In this document: one piece after another, positions 1 through 13,612 of the stretch
Position numbering within the stretch: position 1 is the first letter of the stretch
Layout: each line of letters starts with the position of its first letter
DNA from: Escherichia coli
GTDB taxonomy: Bacteria; Pseudomonadota; Gammaproteobacteria; Enterobacterales; Enterobacteriaceae
DNA: 64,000 nt
Assembly: GCF_003334305.1 (NCBI RefSeq)
Contig: NZ_QOWS01000017.1
Reading direction: 5' to 3' (one strand)
Translations under genes and position numbers: made by a program
Notes under the pieces: model-generated
What the model was told of the DNA's origin: nothing
The model's database searches: none
What the model saw: the letters and a program-made list of their open reading frames with translations, nothing else

Positions 1-477
1 GACAGTTACGCAATCAGTGAAAAGAGTCACGGCAGAGAAGAAATCCGTCTTCATATTGTTTGCGATGTCCCTGATGAACTTATTGATTTCACGTTTGAAT
101 GGAAAGGTCTGAAGAAATTATGCGTGGCAGTCTCCTTTCGGTCAATAATAGCAGAACAAAAGAAAGAGCCCGAAATGACGGTCAGATATTATATCAGTTC
201 TGCTGATTTAACCGCAGAGAAGTTCGCCACAGCAATCCGAAACCACTGGCACGTGGAGAATAAGCTGCACTGGCGTCTGGACGTGGTAATGAATGAAGAC
301 GACTGCAAAATAAGAAGAGGAAACGCCGCAGAATTATTTTCAGGGATACGGCACATCGCTATTAATATTTTGACGAATGATAAGGTATTCAAGGCAGGGT
401 TAAGACGTAAGATGCGAAAAGCAGCTATGGACAGAAACTATCTGGCGTCAGTCCTTGCGGAGAGCGGGCTTTCGTAG
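1..477 (+). pseudogene. ISAs1-family (H-repeat-associated) transposase, C-terminal fragment; ORF 124-477 continues a frame running off the window start
   Basis: Translation ...[28 protein letters not shown]... resembles the C-terminus of H-repeat/ISAs1 transposases; no N-terminus or terminal inverted repeats visible. Confidence 0.5.
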
Positions 478-518
478 TCTTACCCCGACTCTCCCCCAGC
501 CTTAAACACAACCCCCAC

Positions 519-1298
519 TCACCGCAACCTAAACTCATCCGCATCCTGCCATGCCGGAAACTTTTCTCTATATTCCCGCAATGCCACCATCGACAGCTCC
601 GCATCAATGCGCGTTGCCTGATGCGCGTCGGCAGTAGCGATAATCTCGCCCTGCGGGTTAATCACCCGGCTGTCACCGCGATAATGGCAGCCGTTGCCAT
701 CGCTGCCGACGCGATTGCATCCCGCCACATACGCCTGATTCTCAATCGCGCGGGCCGTCAGCAATGCCTGCCAGTGCAGAGAGCGCGGAGCAGGCCAGTT
801 GGCAACGTAGATGGCGAGGTCATAATCGTTGAGATTGCGCGACCACACCGGAAAACGTAAGTCGTAGCACACCAACGGCAAAATACGCCAGCCGCGCCAT
901 TCCACAATCACTCGCGCATTGCCCGCTTTATAATGTAGATGCTCATCTGCCATGCGGAACAGATGACGCTTATCATAAAAATGTACCGTGCCGCCCGGCT
1001 CAACCAGCAAAAAGCGGTTAACCGAACCAGACTCCGTTTGTAATGCAACACTGCCTGCAATCAGCGCATTGCACTGCTGCGCCTTAGCTGTCATCCAGTT
1101 CACTACGTCATCTTGTGCTAGCGACGAAGCTGCCGCTTCCATGGCAAAGCCGCTGGTAAACATCTCCGGTAGAACGATCACATCGCGCCCGGTAATACCT
1201 TCCAGTTGACGATCAAAATGACGCAGGTTGGCAGGGCCATCCATCCACACCAGTGGTTGCTGCAAAAGCGTAATCTTCAAACCAGGCACGGTGTACAA
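519..1298 (-). CDS. yafV: omega-amidase / carbon-nitrogen hydrolase family protein (start may be an internal GTG a few codons in)
   Basis: 259-aa ORF; nitrilase-superfamily sequence and the position beside ivy/fadE match E. coli yafV. Confidence 0.85.
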   Translation of the reverse strand: MYTVPGLKITLLQQPLVWMDGPANLRHFDRQLEGITGRDVIVLPEMFTSGFAMEAAASSLAQDDVVNWMTAKAQQCNALIAGSVALQTESGSVNRFLLVEPGGTVHFYDKRHLFRMADEHLHYKAGNARVIVEWRGWRILPLVCYDLRFPVWSRNLNDYDLAIYVANWPAPRSLHWQALLTARAIENQAYVAGCNRVGSDGNGCHYRGDSRVINPQGEIIATADAHQATRIDAELSMVALREYREKFPAWQDADEFRLR

Positions 1299-1442
1299 CT
1301 CCTTTATGCGAAGGGTTTTATAACTTTAACACCTTATCAGGCAGTTGCCTTAGCGCAGAATAAATTGATAACAAATGCTGATATTGGAAATATCTGATTT
1401 GCAAATTATCGTGTTATCGCCAGGCTTTAGAAGGTTAATAAC

Positions 1443-1916
1443 ATGGGCAGGATAAGCTCGGGAGGAATGATGTTTAAGGCAATAACGACAGTCGCCGCTC
1501 TGGTCATCGCCACCAGTGCAATGGCGCAGGATGATTTAACCATTAGCAGCCTTGCAAAGGGCGAAACCACCAAAGCTGCATTTAATCAGATGGTACAAGG
1601 GCATAAGCTGCCTGCCTGGGTGATGAAAGGCGGTACTTATACTCCCGCACAAACCGTAACGTTGGGAGATGAGACGTATCAGGTGATGAGCGCGTGCAAA
1701 CCGCATGACTGTGGCTCGCAACGTATCGCTGTGATGTGGTCCGAGAAATCTAATCAGATGACGGGGCTGTTCTCGACTATTGATGAGAAAACGTCGCAAG
1801 AGAAACTCACCTGGCTGAATGTGAACGATGCGCTTTCGATTGATGGTAAAACGGTGTTGTTCGCGGCGTTGACCGGCAGCCTGGAAAACCATCCGGATGG
1901 CTTTAATTTTAAATAA
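1443..1916 (+). CDS. ivy: inhibitor of vertebrate lysozyme, periplasmic
   Basis: 157-aa ORF with signal-peptide-like N-terminus; the CKPHDCG motif is characteristic of Ivy. Confidence 0.9.
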   Translation: MGRISSGGMMFKAITTVAALVIATSAMAQDDLTISSLAKGETTKAAFNQMVQGHKLPAWVMKGGTYTPAQTVTLGDETYQVMSACKPHDCGSQRIAVMWSEKSNQMTGLFSTIDEKTSQEKLTWLNVNDALSIDGKTVLFAALTGSLENHPDGFNFK

Positions 1917-1932
1917 TTAGCGGATAAAGAAA

Positions 1933-1955
1933 CGGAGCCTTTCGGCTCCGTTATT
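1933..1955. terminator. bidirectional intrinsic terminator between convergent ivy and fadE
   Basis: Perfect 7-bp stem cggagcc/ggctccg with a 4-nt loop, flanked by A-run and T-run. Confidence 0.6.
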
Positions 1956-1958
1956 CAT

Positions 1959-4403
1959 TTACGCGGCTTCAACTTTCCGCACTTTCTCCGGCAACTTTAC
2001 CGGCTTCGTCGCCAGCTCTTCCGGATCAAAGTCATCAACGTTAATACTGCGCAGACGGCTTTCTTCAGCTTTCACCAGAATAGCGGCTTCATCTTTATCA
2101 ATCAGCCCCTTCGCCAGCGCGTTGTGCGCCAGTTCATCCAGACGGGTAAACGGCAGGTTTTTACCCAGCTCTTTACAGATCCGCTGATGAATTGGGTCGG
2201 CGGCAATCACATCCACCAGCGCCTCTTCCAGCAAGCCAACCGGATTATGCTCGCTCGGCGTCAGGTACTGACCGCGACCAATGCGGGAACGGGTGGCGTT
2301 CGGCACTTGTAAAATCTTCGCCACTTTATGATCCAGCTTGTCAGAAGGTGCCAGATAATGACGTCCGGTCGGGAAGATCACCACATTCAGCAGCCCGGCA
2401 ACCACGCGGTTCGGGAAGTTTTGCAGTAAATCATCCATCGCCTGTTCAGCCTGATACAGCGCATCTTGTACGCCCCAGTGCACCAGCGGCAGGTCGGCTT
2501 CATTACGGCCTTCGTCGTCATAACGCTTCAGCACGGCAGAGGCGAGGTAGAGCTGGCTTAAAATATCCCCCAGACGGGCCGAGATGCGCTCGCGACGTTT
2601 CAGGCTGCCGCCCAGCACTGCCATCGAGACATCAGAAAGCAGGGCGAGGTTGGCGCTCAGGCGGTTCAGGTGCTGATAGTAGCGTTTAGTGGCATCGCCG
2701 GTTGGCGTGCTGCTGGTTAAACCGCGCGTCAGGCCCAGCCAGAAGCTGCGAACTTTGTTGCTACCGACGTGACCGATATGTTTGAACAACAGTTTATCGA
2801 ACGCGTTGACGTCATTGTTCTTCGCCGCTTCCATCTCTTCCAGCACGTACGGATGGCAACGAATCGCTCCTTGTCCGAAGATCATCATGCTGCGGGTCAG
2901 AATGTTAGCCCCTTCAACGGTGATGGCAATCGGTGCGCCCTGGTAAGCACGCGCCAGGAAGTTGCTTTGCCCGAGCATAATGCCTTTGCCACCAGTGATA
3001 TCCATCGCATCAATAATCGACTGCTGCCCGCGGTGGGTACAGTGATACTTAACGATAGCCGACAGCACGGCAGGTTTTTCGCCGAGCATAATGCCGTAGG
3101 TAATCAGCGATGCCGCAGCATCCATCACGTAGGCATTACCGGCAATACGCGCCAGCGGCTCTTCAATCCCTTCCATCTTACCGATAGAGATTTTGAACTG
3201 ACGGCGAATGTGAGCATACGCGCCCGTTGCCAGCGCTACCGATTTCACGCCGCCGGTTGAGTTGGAAGGCAGGGTGATGCCGCGGCCTACCGAGAGGCAC
3301 TCCACCAGCATCCGCCAGCCTTGCCCGGCCATTTTCGGCCCCCCGATGATGTAATCGATCGGTACGAAGACATCTTTACCGCGCGTCGGTCCGTTCTGGA
3401 ACGGTACGTTCAGCGGGAAGTGGCGACGACCAATTTCCACGCCCGGCGTGGTGGTCGGGATCAGCGCACAGGTAATACCTAAATCTTCTGCGCCACCCAG
3501 CAGCTTTTCCGGGTCGGAGAGTTTAAACGCCAGCCCAAGCACAGTCGCAATCGGTGCCAGCGTAATATAGCGTTTGTTCCAGGTCAGACGCATCCCCAGC
3601 ACCTGCTGGCCCTGCCATTCGCCCATGCAGACAATCCCGGTGTCCGGAATCGCGCCCGCATCGGAACCCGCTTCCGGGCTTGTCAGTGCAAAGCAAGGGA
3701 TCTCCTGACCACGCGCCAGACGCGGCAGATAGTGATCTTTCTGCTCGTCAGTGCCGTAATGTTGCAGCAGCTCGCCCGGGCCTAATGAGTTCGGCACGCC
3801 GACGGTAATCGCCAGGATCCCGCTCACGCCGGAGAGTTTTTGCAGCACGCGAGACTGGGCATAAGCTGAGAACTCCAGTCCGCCGTACTCTTTTTTGATA
3901 ATCATCGCGAAGAAGCGATGCTCTTTAAGGTACGCCCACAACTCCGGCGGCAGATCCGCCAGCTCATGAGTAATCTGGAAATCATTCGCCATCCGGCAGG
4001 CTTCTTCTACCGGGCCGTCGAGAAACGCTTGCTCTTCGGCGGTCAGGCGCGGCTGCGGATAGTTATGCAGCTTTTTCCAGTCCGGCTTGCCCTGGAACAA
4101 GTCGCCCTCCCACCAGGTGGTGCCCGCATCAATCGCTTCTTTCTCAGTGCGCGACATCGGCGGCATCACCTTACGGAAACCGCGAAATACCGGCGCGGAA
4201 ATCATCGACTTACGCATAGGCGCAAAGTTAAATGGCACGAGGATAATGGCCAGAGGCACCAGTACCCACGCCGACCACAGACCAGCAACGCCGAGGGCGG
4301 CTGTCCAGGCGAGCAAAATCAGACTGCTGATAAATAAGCTCACGCGGTGATAGAACAACGCGCCGAGCAGGACAACCGTAGCGAGAATACTCAAAATCAT
4401 CAT
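1959..4403 (-). CDS. fadE: acyl-CoA dehydrogenase (fatty acid beta-oxidation)
   Basis: 840-aa ORF; start placed at the internal Met (MMILSIL...) giving about 814 aa; N-terminal membrane segment plus acyl-CoA dehydrogenase domains. Confidence 0.9.
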   Translation of the reverse strand: MMILSILATVVLLGALFYHRVSLFISSLILLAWTAALGVAGLWSAWVLVPLAIILVPFNFAPMRKSMISAPVFRGFRKVMPPMSRTEKEAIDAGTTWWEGDLFQGKPDWKKLHNYPQPRLTAEEQAFLDGPVEEACRMANDFQITHELADLPPELWAYLKEHRFFAMIIKKEYGGLEFSAYAQSRVLQKLSGVSGILAITVGVPNSLGPGELLQHYGTDEQKDHYLPRLARGQEIPCFALTSPEAGSDAGAIPDTGIVCMGEWQGQQVLGMRLTWNKRYITLAPIATVLGLAFKLSDPEKLLGGAEDLGITCALIPTTTPGVEIGRRHFPLNVPFQNGPTRGKDVFVPIDYIIGGPKMAGQGWRMLVECLSVGRGITLPSNSTGGVKSVALATGAYAHIRRQFKISIGKMEGIEEPLARIAGNAYVMDAAASLITYGIMLGEKPAVLSAIVKYHCTHRGQQSIIDAMDITGGKGIMLGQSNFLARAYQGAPIAITVEGANILTRSMMIFGQGAIRCHPYVLEEMEAAKNNDVNAFDKLLFKHIGHVGSNKVRSFWLGLTRGLTSSTPTGDATKRYYQHLNRLSANLALLSDVSMAVLGGSLKRRERISARLGDILSQLYLASAVLKRYDDEGRNEADLPLVHWGVQDALYQAEQAMDDLLQNFPNRVVAGLLNVVIFPTGRHYLAPSDKLDHKVAKILQVPNATRSRIGRGQYLTPSEHNPVGLLEEALVDVIAADPIHQRICKELGKNLPFTRLDELAHNALAKGLIDKDEAAILVKAEESRLRSINVDDFDPEELATKPVKLPEKVRKVEAA

Positions 4404-4642
4404 AACGAAAAGCCCCTTACTTGTAGGAGGTCTGACCACTTGTGATGATATGGTTGTAGTGGATGTAAAAACATTTAGCAATGTGTTTACAATATAATTA
4501 CAACAAAGCTCACATTGTTGCTGTTTTTATCCGCACTTCAGGTCAAAAAGTCCTGGTCATAGCACCTGCCCGTACTTCTCGCTTTTGGCGGTATCCGGTA
4601 CACTGCATTTTGTCTATTACATTTATGCTGAAGGATATCCTC

Positions 4643-5221
4643 ATGTACCAGGATCTTATTCGTAACGAACTGAACGAAGCGGCGGAAACGCTGGCTAACT
4701 TTTTAAAAGATGACGCCAATATTCACGCCATTCAGCGCGCGGCGGTCCTGTTAGCAGACAGCTTTAAAGCCGGTGGCAAAGTGCTTTCCTGCGGCAACGG
4801 CGGTTCCCATTGCGACGCTATGCACTTTGCCGAAGAGTTGACCGGTCGCTACCGTGAAAACCGTCCGGGCTACCCGGCGATTGCTATTTCTGACGTTAGT
4901 CATATTTCCTGCGTCGGTAATGATTTCGGTTTCAATGATATTTTCTCCCGCTACGTTGAAGCGGTAGGTCGCGAAGGCGATGTACTGCTGGGGATCTCCA
5001 CCTCCGGTAACTCTGCAAACGTGATCAAAGCGATCGCAGCGGCGCGTGAGAAGGGGATGAAAGTGATCACCCTGACCGGTAAAGACGGCGGTAAAATGGC
5101 TGGCACGGCGGATATCGAAATTCGCGTTCCGCACTTTGGTTATGCCGACCGCATTCAGGAGATTCACATTAAAGTGATCCATATCCTGATCCAGTTAATT
5201 GAAAAAGAGATGGTTAAGTAA
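4643..5221 (+). CDS. gmhA: D-sedoheptulose-7-phosphate isomerase
   Basis: ORF 4481-5221; start placed at the ATG ([10 protein letters not shown]...) giving 192 aa; SIS-domain sequence. Confidence 0.9.
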
Positions 5222-5228
5222 GTCTGGC

Positions 5229-5363
<135 letters not shown>

Positions 5364-5426
5364 CTGAAAATTCTTAAATCAATCTTCGCCGGGGGCCATG
5401 CGCTCCCGCTGTTGTGGAGGTTACCC

Positions 5427-6194
5427 ATGTGCGAATTGCTCGGGATGAGCGCCAACGTCCCTACCGATATCTGCTTTAGTTTCACCGGACTTGTACAGCG
5501 TGGTGGTGGAACCGGGCCACATAAAGATGGCTGGGGCATTACCTTTTACGAAGGTAAAGGCTGTCGCACATTTAAAGATCCACAACCCAGCTTTAATTCC
5601 CCCATCGCCAAACTTGTCCAGGACTACCCGATAAAATCCTGTTCGGTGGTGGCTCATATTCGCCAGGCTAATCGGGGCGAGGTGGCGCTGGAAAATACTC
5701 ACCCATTTACCCGCGAGTTATGGGGGCGTAACTGGACTTATGCCCATAACGGACAACTGACGGGCTACAAATCACTGGAAACCGGCAACTTCCGCCCGGT
5801 CGGTGAAACCGATAGCGAAAAAGCCTTCTGCTGGCTCCTGCATAAATTAACGCAGCGTTACCCGCGCACACCGGGCAACATGGCGGCAGTGTTTAAATAT
5901 ATCGCCTCACTGGCGGATGAACTGCGGCAGAAGGGCGTTTTCAACATGCTGCTTTCTGACGGGCGCTATGTGATGGCGTATTGCTCGACTAATTTACACT
6001 GGATCACCCGCCGCGCGCCGTTTGGCGTGGCAACGCTGCTGGATCAGGATGTGGAAATCGACTTCAGCTCGCAGACCACACCGAATGATGTGGTCACGGT
6101 GATTGCAACACAGCCGCTGACGGGCAATGAAACCTGGCAAAAGATTATGCCAGGCGAATGGCGCTTATTTTGCCTCGGGGAGCGTGTAGTTTGA
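5427..6194 (+). CDS. yafJ: class II glutamine amidotransferase-like protein
   Basis: ORF 5412-6194; start at MCELLGMS... (N-terminal Cys after Met typical of Ntn amidotransferases). Confidence 0.85.
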   Translation: MCELLGMSANVPTDICFSFTGLVQRGGGTGPHKDGWGITFYEGKGCRTFKDPQPSFNSPIAKLVQDYPIKSCSVVAHIRQANRGEVALENTHPFTRELWGRNWTYAHNGQLTGYKSLETGNFRPVGETDSEKAFCWLLHKLTQRYPRTPGNMAAVFKYIASLADELRQKGVFNMLLSDGRYVMAYCSTNLHWITRRAPFGVATLLDQDVEIDFSSQTTPNDVVTVIATQPLTGNETWQKIMPGEWRLFCLGERVV

Positions 6195-6905
6195 TGCCAG
6201 TTGTGGCTGCACAACTTCGTGGCTTAACGGCTTGCTGACCACGTAACGACCATTGACCACAGAAACGGTCGGTGGCTTACGGGTTTGCTCAAAGTAGTCG
6301 TAACCCGGCTTCAGTTGCTCCCAGAAGTCCTTAAAGTTGGAATATTTATGGCGCTTCATATTGGCGTCGGTCATGCGGAACGGGTAAATACTCACTTGCA
6401 CGCTCGGCTGACCAAACACCAGCGCACCAGTAACGAACTGGAAGATCTCATCAATACCCTGATTGGTCATTGCGTAGCAGCCGATGGAAACACAATCGCC
6501 GTGGATCATCAGGTATTTCCCTTCATAACCATGCGCACGGTCATAGGCATTGGGGAAACCAATATTAATCGCTTTGTAGTAACGGCTGTCTGGTTTTAAC
6601 TGATTACGCTGGACGCTATAAAACCCTTCCGGGCTTTTGAAATCGCCCTGACGCTGTTTTGGCCCTAAGCCGCCGGAATATTTACAGATTTTATAACTGT
6701 CGAGCAGCTGATATTGCTCGCCCATTTTGACGTAGAGATCGAGCGTACGTTCTTCCTTGAAGATCTGGATGTAGACAGGGGATCCCATCAACTGCTGCTT
6801 ATACTCTTTGCTCACTGGCGTGGTCGAGCTACTGCTGCCCAGCAAACCGGCAAACGAAACGCACGGGATCAACAACATCGCAAGAATTAATGCGATTTTA
6901 CGCAT
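6165..6905 (-). CDS. yafK: L,D-transpeptidase-fold periplasmic protein
   Basis: 246-aa ORF with signal peptide and YkuD-like region (…HGDCVSIGC…). Confidence 0.85.
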   Translation of the reverse strand: MRKIALILAMLLIPCVSFAGLLGSSSSTTPVSKEYKQQLMGSPVYIQIFKEERTLDLYVKMGEQYQLLDSYKICKYSGGLGPKQRQGDFKSPEGFYSVQRNQLKPDSRYYKAINIGFPNAYDRAHGYEGKYLMIHGDCVSIGCYAMTNQGIDEIFQFVTGALVFGQPSVQVSIYPFRMTDANMKRHKYSNFKDFWEQLKPGYDYFEQTRKPPTVSVVNGRYVVSKPLSHEVVQPQLASNYTLPEAK

Positions 6906-7060
6906 ACTGCTTATTCCTTGATAAAACGGTTACACACGCCAGGACGGCAAAATAGATCCCAAATCGGAATAGTCTGGATTTGGAAGGCTCACATTATCAC
7001 CAAAAGAGTTTTACGCAAGCCTGTCGGCGCAGGGTTTACAAATTTCATCGGCAGCGTGCT

Positions 7061-7339
7061 TTACCCAAAGAGCGCCGCGTGAGTTCCAGTTCTCTCAAAT
7101 CGTAAAAGTTTATCGGTAAGTTTGTAAATCAGGATCCAGTCCGGTTCGACATGAGCATCGCGATAACCTTTCCATGAACCTTGCAGCGGGTGGTCTTTAT
7201 AAACAGCTGGAAGCGGTAAAGTATTATTGATAAGAAGCGTCATAAGATATTTCAATTTATTCATATCCTTATGACGCTTTTGTGCAAGTTTTACATCCTT
7301 TGAAAATTGTCCCGAGTATTCAATATCCCTTTGAATCAT
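7061..7339 (-). CDS. yafQ: type II toxin, RelE/ParE-family mRNA interferase
   Basis: 92-aa ORF immediately downstream of dinJ on the same strand; sequence matches YafQ. Confidence 0.9.
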   Translation of the reverse strand: MIQRDIEYSGQFSKDVKLAQKRHKDMNKLKYLMTLLINNTLPLPAVYKDHPLQGSWKGYRDAHVEPDWILIYKLTDKLLRFERTGTHAALFG

Positions 7340-7341
7340 AT

Positions 7342-7602
7342 TTAAATTCCTAATTTATCAAATAAATCATCGGCGTCTTTGGCCTTATGAACATCAACGC
7401 CAGCTTCGCTGTTTTTGATTGATTGAATGGTTAATTGATTAGGCTCGCGTAAATCAAACGGCAATGCCTTTTCACGCGCGACCTTTGTGAGGGTTATGCG
7501 AACCAGGTCAGAGATGGTCAGCCCCATCCCGGCCAGTACGTCCGCCGCCTGATTCTTCAGATCTTCATCGATTCGGGCGCGAACAAATGCGTTAGCAGCC
7601 AT
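7342..7602 (-). CDS. dinJ: type II antitoxin for YafQ
   Basis: 86-aa ORF; RHH-type N-terminus; operon partner of yafQ. Confidence 0.9.
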   Translation of the reverse strand: MAANAFVRARIDEDLKNQAADVLAGMGLTISDLVRITLTKVAREKALPFDLREPNQLTIQSIKNSEAGVDVHKAKDADDLFDKLGI

Positions 7603-7811
7603 TGGGGTATCTCCTGTGCTGTATATTTATTCAGCTTGAATTGTAGCTCAAATGAGCAACAGCGACAATCCATGAGTAATTTAATAAACGGATGTTTTTA
7701 CATAATTAACTGAAATATATTTATTAATTTTATAATAATGGTTTATTAAGTTTGTTCAGGTACGGGCCGGGATACACTGCAACATCAATGCATGATCAGC
7801 CATTATTGAGT

Positions 7812-8561
7812 ATGTCCTTGCCGTCGATTCCCTCTTTTGTGTTGTCGGGATTACTGTTGCTTTGCTTGCCGTTTTCTTCATTTGCCAGCGCCACCACATC
7901 ACATATCACTTTCAGCTACGCCGCCCGCCAGCGGATGCAAAATCGTGCGCGTTTATTAAAACAGTACCAAACCCATCTGAAAAAACAGGCCAGCTATATT
8001 GTGGAAGGCAATGCCGAAAGCAGAAGGGCGCTACGCCAGCACAACCGCGAACAGATAAAACAGCATCCAGAATGGTTTCCTGCGCCGCTCAAGGCGAGTG
8101 ACAGACGCTGGCAGGCGCTGGCGGAAAACAACCATTTCTTAAGCAGCGACCATCTGCATAACATCACCGAAGTAGCGATTCACCGTCTGGAGCAACAGCT
8201 TGGCAAGCCTTACGTCTGGGGCGGTACGCGGCCCGATCAAGGCTTCGACTGTAGCGGGTTAGTTTTTTATGCCTACAACAAGATCCTTGAGGCGAAACTC
8301 CCACGCACGGCTAATGAGATGTATCACTATCGCCGGGCAACCATTGTGGCGAATAACGACCTGCGCCGGGGAGATTTGCTATTTTTCCATATCCACAGCC
8401 GCGAGATTGCCGACCATATGGGGGTGTATCTGGGCGACGGTCAGTTTATTGAGTCACCGCGCACCGGGGAAACCATTCGGGTAAGTCGGTTAGCTGAACC
8501 TTTCTGGCAGGATCACTTTTTAGGCGCGCGGCGGATTTTGACGGAGGAGACGATTTTGTAA
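7812..8561 (+). CDS. yafL: NlpC/P60-family lipoprotein (peptidoglycan endopeptidase-like)
   Basis: ORF 7752-8561; start placed at MSLPSIP... (249 aa); Cys-containing NlpC/P60 region (…GFDCSGLVFYAY…). Confidence 0.8.
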   Translation: MSLPSIPSFVLSGLLLLCLPFSSFASATTSHITFSYAARQRMQNRARLLKQYQTHLKKQASYIVEGNAESRRALRQHNREQIKQHPEWFPAPLKASDRRWQALAENNHFLSSDHLHNITEVAIHRLEQQLGKPYVWGGTRPDQGFDCSGLVFYAYNKILEAKLPRTANEMYHYRRATIVANNDLRRGDLLFFHIHSREIADHMGVYLGDGQFIESPRTGETIRVSRLAEPFWQDHFLGARRILTEETIL

Positions 8562-8617
8562 ATGGGTAATATTGACGAACTGACAAAAGGTCGGATGCCA
8601 CGCGGCATCCGACCTGT

Positions 8618-8974
8618 TTACATCTGGGCTGAAAACTCACGTTCTAAGACATCAACAATGAGCTGGTTTTTTGAAATGGAATGTTGTCTGGCGACGATGG
8701 TCAGCCGCGAATCAATGTGATGAGGAACACGAAGCGTCAGGCGTTTTTGCTCTTCTTCTTCACGAAAAGGGGCAATACCGTCCTCTTCACAATCCGCCAT
8801 CCACTCATCCAGCGCGCTTTCGCCTTCACGATATAATGCCTCAATACTTGTGGCTACAAAGTCACAATAACCGTTTACATTGAGGAACTTGCCGCGAAAT
8901 GCGTTGATATCGGCTTCAAATGTTACTGCGGCTGGTTGACCTTTAATTGTGATAATGTTCGATGCTTTATTCAT
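8618..8974 (-). CDS. HicB-like antitoxin (RNase-H-like N-domain plus C-terminal ribbon-helix-helix)
   Basis: 118-aa ORF; C-terminal …RLTLRVPHHIDSRLTIVARQHSISKNQLIVDVLEREF is a typical RHH; start overlaps the stop of the upstream ORF. Confidence 0.5.
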   Translation of the reverse strand: MNKASNIITIKGQPAAVTFEADINAFRGKFLNVNGYCDFVATSIEALYREGESALDEWMADCEEDGIAPFREEEEQKRLTLRVPHHIDSRLTIVARQHSISKNQLIVDVLEREFSAQM

Positions 8975-9266
8975 AATCTACCCCTACACAGTTAACAAAC
9001 CACTCCTTAAGACCTGCTACTGCGCCTTTATCCATCACATTCTTTGGATGTGGCTCATGTGTGCTGAATTTGGTCGTTCCAATCTGAAATTTTCGTCTGG
9101 AGCCGTTGTTATTTTTTATTGTTCCACCCACAGCTTTAATGAGTGCAACAACATCATCCCATTTAATTCCAGATTTTGGCGGCTCCGTCATTACATCGTC
9201 GAATGTTTTTCTATGACGAGAACCTAGCGCGCTGACCTTAATCATACTATCAATCCATGACGTCAT
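8967..9266 (-). CDS. HicA-like toxin (putative mRNA interferase), possibly N-terminally extended
   Basis: 99-aa ORF with a …GGTIKNNNGSRRKFQIG…HEPHPKNVMDKGAVAGLKE… pattern resembling the HicA G-S-H-h-h-F / PHPKK core; translationally coupled to the HicB-like ORF. Confidence 0.45.
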   Translation of the reverse strand: MTSWIDSMIKVSALGSRHRKTFDDVMTEPPKSGIKWDDVVALIKAVGGTIKNNNGSRRKFQIGTTKFSTHEPHPKNVMDKGAVAGLKEWFVNCVGVDYE

Positions 9267-9349
9267 TGTATGGTGTCATCGTAGTCTCTTTGCAGTGTGA
9301 CGTCAATTAATGGTGTCAGGTGCTGCAAAGCATGGAAAAGAATCCCCCA

Positions 9350-11819
<2,470 letters not shown>

Positions 11820-11856
11820 ATGCTGAATCTTTACGCATTTCTCAAACCCTGAAATC

Positions 11857-11876
11857 ACTGTATACTTTACCAGTGT
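11857..11876. promoter_or_regulatory. LexA (SOS) box in the dinB promoter
   Basis: cactgtatactttaccagtg conforms to CTGT-N8-ACAG, immediately upstream of dinB. Confidence 0.6.
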
Positions 11877-11889
11877 TGAGAGGTGAGTA

Positions 11890-12945
11890 ATGCGTAAAAT
11901 CATTCATGTGGATATGGACTGCTTTTTCGCAGCGGTGGAGATGCGCGACAATCCCGCCCTGCGCGATATCCCTATTGCTATTGGCGGCAGCCGCGAACGT
12001 CGGGGGGTGATCAGCACCGCCAATTATCCCGCGCGTAAATTTGGCGTACGTAGCGCTATGCCGACAGGGATGGCGCTCAAATTATGCCCGCATCTCACCT
12101 TGCTTCCGGGGCGCTTTGACGCCTACAAAGAAGCCTCAAATCATATCCGTGAAATCTTCTCGCGCTACACCTCGCGTATTGAACCGTTGTCACTGGATGA
12201 GGCTTATCTCGACGTCACCGATAGCGTCCATTGCCACGGTTCTGCGACCCTCATCGCCCAGGAAATCCGCCAGACGATTTTCAGCGAGCTGCAACTGACG
12301 GCGTCTGCGGGCGTGGCACCAGTAAAGTTTCTCGCCAAAATCGCCTCCGACATGAATAAACCCAACGGTCAGTTTGTGATTACGCCGGCAGAAGTTCCGG
12401 CATTTTTACAAACCTTACCGCTGGCAAAAATCCCCGGCGTCGGCAAAGTCTCGGCGGCAAAACTGGAAGCGATGGGGCTGCGGACCTGCGGTGATGTACA
12501 AAAGTGTGATCTGGTGATGCTGCTTAAACGCTTTGGCAAATTTGGCCGCATTTTGTGGGAGCGTAGTCAGGGGATTGACGAGCGCGACGTTAACAGCGAA
12601 CGGTTGCGAAAATCCGTCGGCGTGGAACGCACGATGGCGGAAGATATCCACCACTGGTCTGAATGTGAAGCGATTATCGAGCGGCTGTATCCGGAACTTG
12701 AACGCCGTCTGGCAAAGGTAAAACCTGATTTACTGATTGCCCGCCAGGGGGTGAAATTAAAGTTCGACGATTTTCAGCAAACCACTCAGGAGCACGTCTG
12801 GCCGCGGCTGAATAAAGCTGACTTAATCGCCACCGCGCGTAAAACCTGGGATGAACGCCGCGGCGGGCGCGGTGTGCGACTGGTGGGGCTGCATGTGACG
12901 TTGCTTGACCCGCAAATGGAAAGACAACTGGTGCTGGGATTATGA
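11890..12945 (+). CDS. dinB: DNA polymerase IV (Y-family translesion polymerase)
   Basis: 351-aa [25 protein letters not shown]... canonical Y-family N-terminus. Confidence 0.95.
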   Translation: MRKIIHVDMDCFFAAVEMRDNPALRDIPIAIGGSRERRGVISTANYPARKFGVRSAMPTGMALKLCPHLTLLPGRFDAYKEASNHIREIFSRYTSRIEPLSLDEAYLDVTDSVHCHGSATLIAQEIRQTIFSELQLTASAGVAPVKFLAKIASDMNKPNGQFVITPAEVPAFLQTLPLAKIPGVGKVSAAKLEAMGLRTCGDVQKCDLVMLLKRFGKFGRILWERSQGIDERDVNSERLRKSVGVERTMAEDIHHWSECEAIIERLYPELERRLAKVKPDLLIARQGVKLKFDDFQQTTQEHVWPRLNKADLIATARKTWDERRGGRGVRLVGLHVTLLDPQMERQLVLGL

Positions 12946-13394
12946 ATAACATACAAATAAGAGACTATCAGCCTGGCGATTTTCAGCAACTATGCGCTAT
13001 TTTCATTAGAGCGGTTACGATGACTGCCAGTCAGCATTATTCACCACAACAAATTGCCGCCTGGGCGCAGATTGACGAATCTCGCTGGAAGGAGAAACTC
13101 GCGAAATCACAAGTGCGGGTTGCAGTCATTAATGCAAAACTGGTCGGCTTTATTACCTGCGTTGAACACTATATCGATATGTTATTTGTTGACCCTGAAT
13201 ACACCCGCCGTGGGGTTGCCAGCGCTTTGTTAAAACCTTTGATTAAGTCTGAATCCGAACTTACGGTGGACGCAAGCATAACCGCAAAACCCTTTTTTGA
13301 ACGTTATGGTTTTCAGACAGTTAAGCAGCAACGCGTTGAATGTCGGGGAGAGTGGTTTATTAATTTTTATATGCGTTATAAACAGCAACATTAA
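12942..13394 (+). CDS. yafP: GNAT-family acetyltransferase
   Basis: 150-aa ORF overlapping the dinB stop; GNAT motifs. Confidence 0.8.
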   Translation: MNNIQIRDYQPGDFQQLCAIFIRAVTMTASQHYSPQQIAAWAQIDESRWKEKLAKSQVRVAVINAKLVGFITCVEHYIDMLFVDPEYTRRGVASALLKPLIKSESELTVDASITAKPFFERYGFQTVKQQRVECRGEWFINFYMRYKQQH

Positions 13395-13612
13395 ATCCAG
13401 CTTGCAATGAAAATAACGCAAGCCTAGTATGTGCGCGTTTTCTTATTCCACAAACTGCAAGGAGGTAAATCATGACAAATCCTTTATCAATGACTCTTTG
13501 CAGACCTTTCCAGGATTAATTCTTTTTTTCTTGCCCTGGATTCGTCTGCCATTTCCTGATTTTTTAATTGTTACTCTCAATAATTCAAGTCGCAACACAT
13601 GCAACTTGAAGT

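Noticed and set aside
1-123. Possible complete IS element at the window start
   Set aside because: Only the C-terminal part of an ISAs1-like transposase frame is present; no inverted repeats or target duplication visible, so only a fragment is called.
2124-4350. Multiple ORFs of 60-165 aa on the plus strand inside fadE (for example 2192-2689, 2769-3260, 3918-4337)
   Set aside because: They lie antisense within a well-supported long gene in GC-rich DNA and have no RBS or recognisable domains; typical spurious frames.
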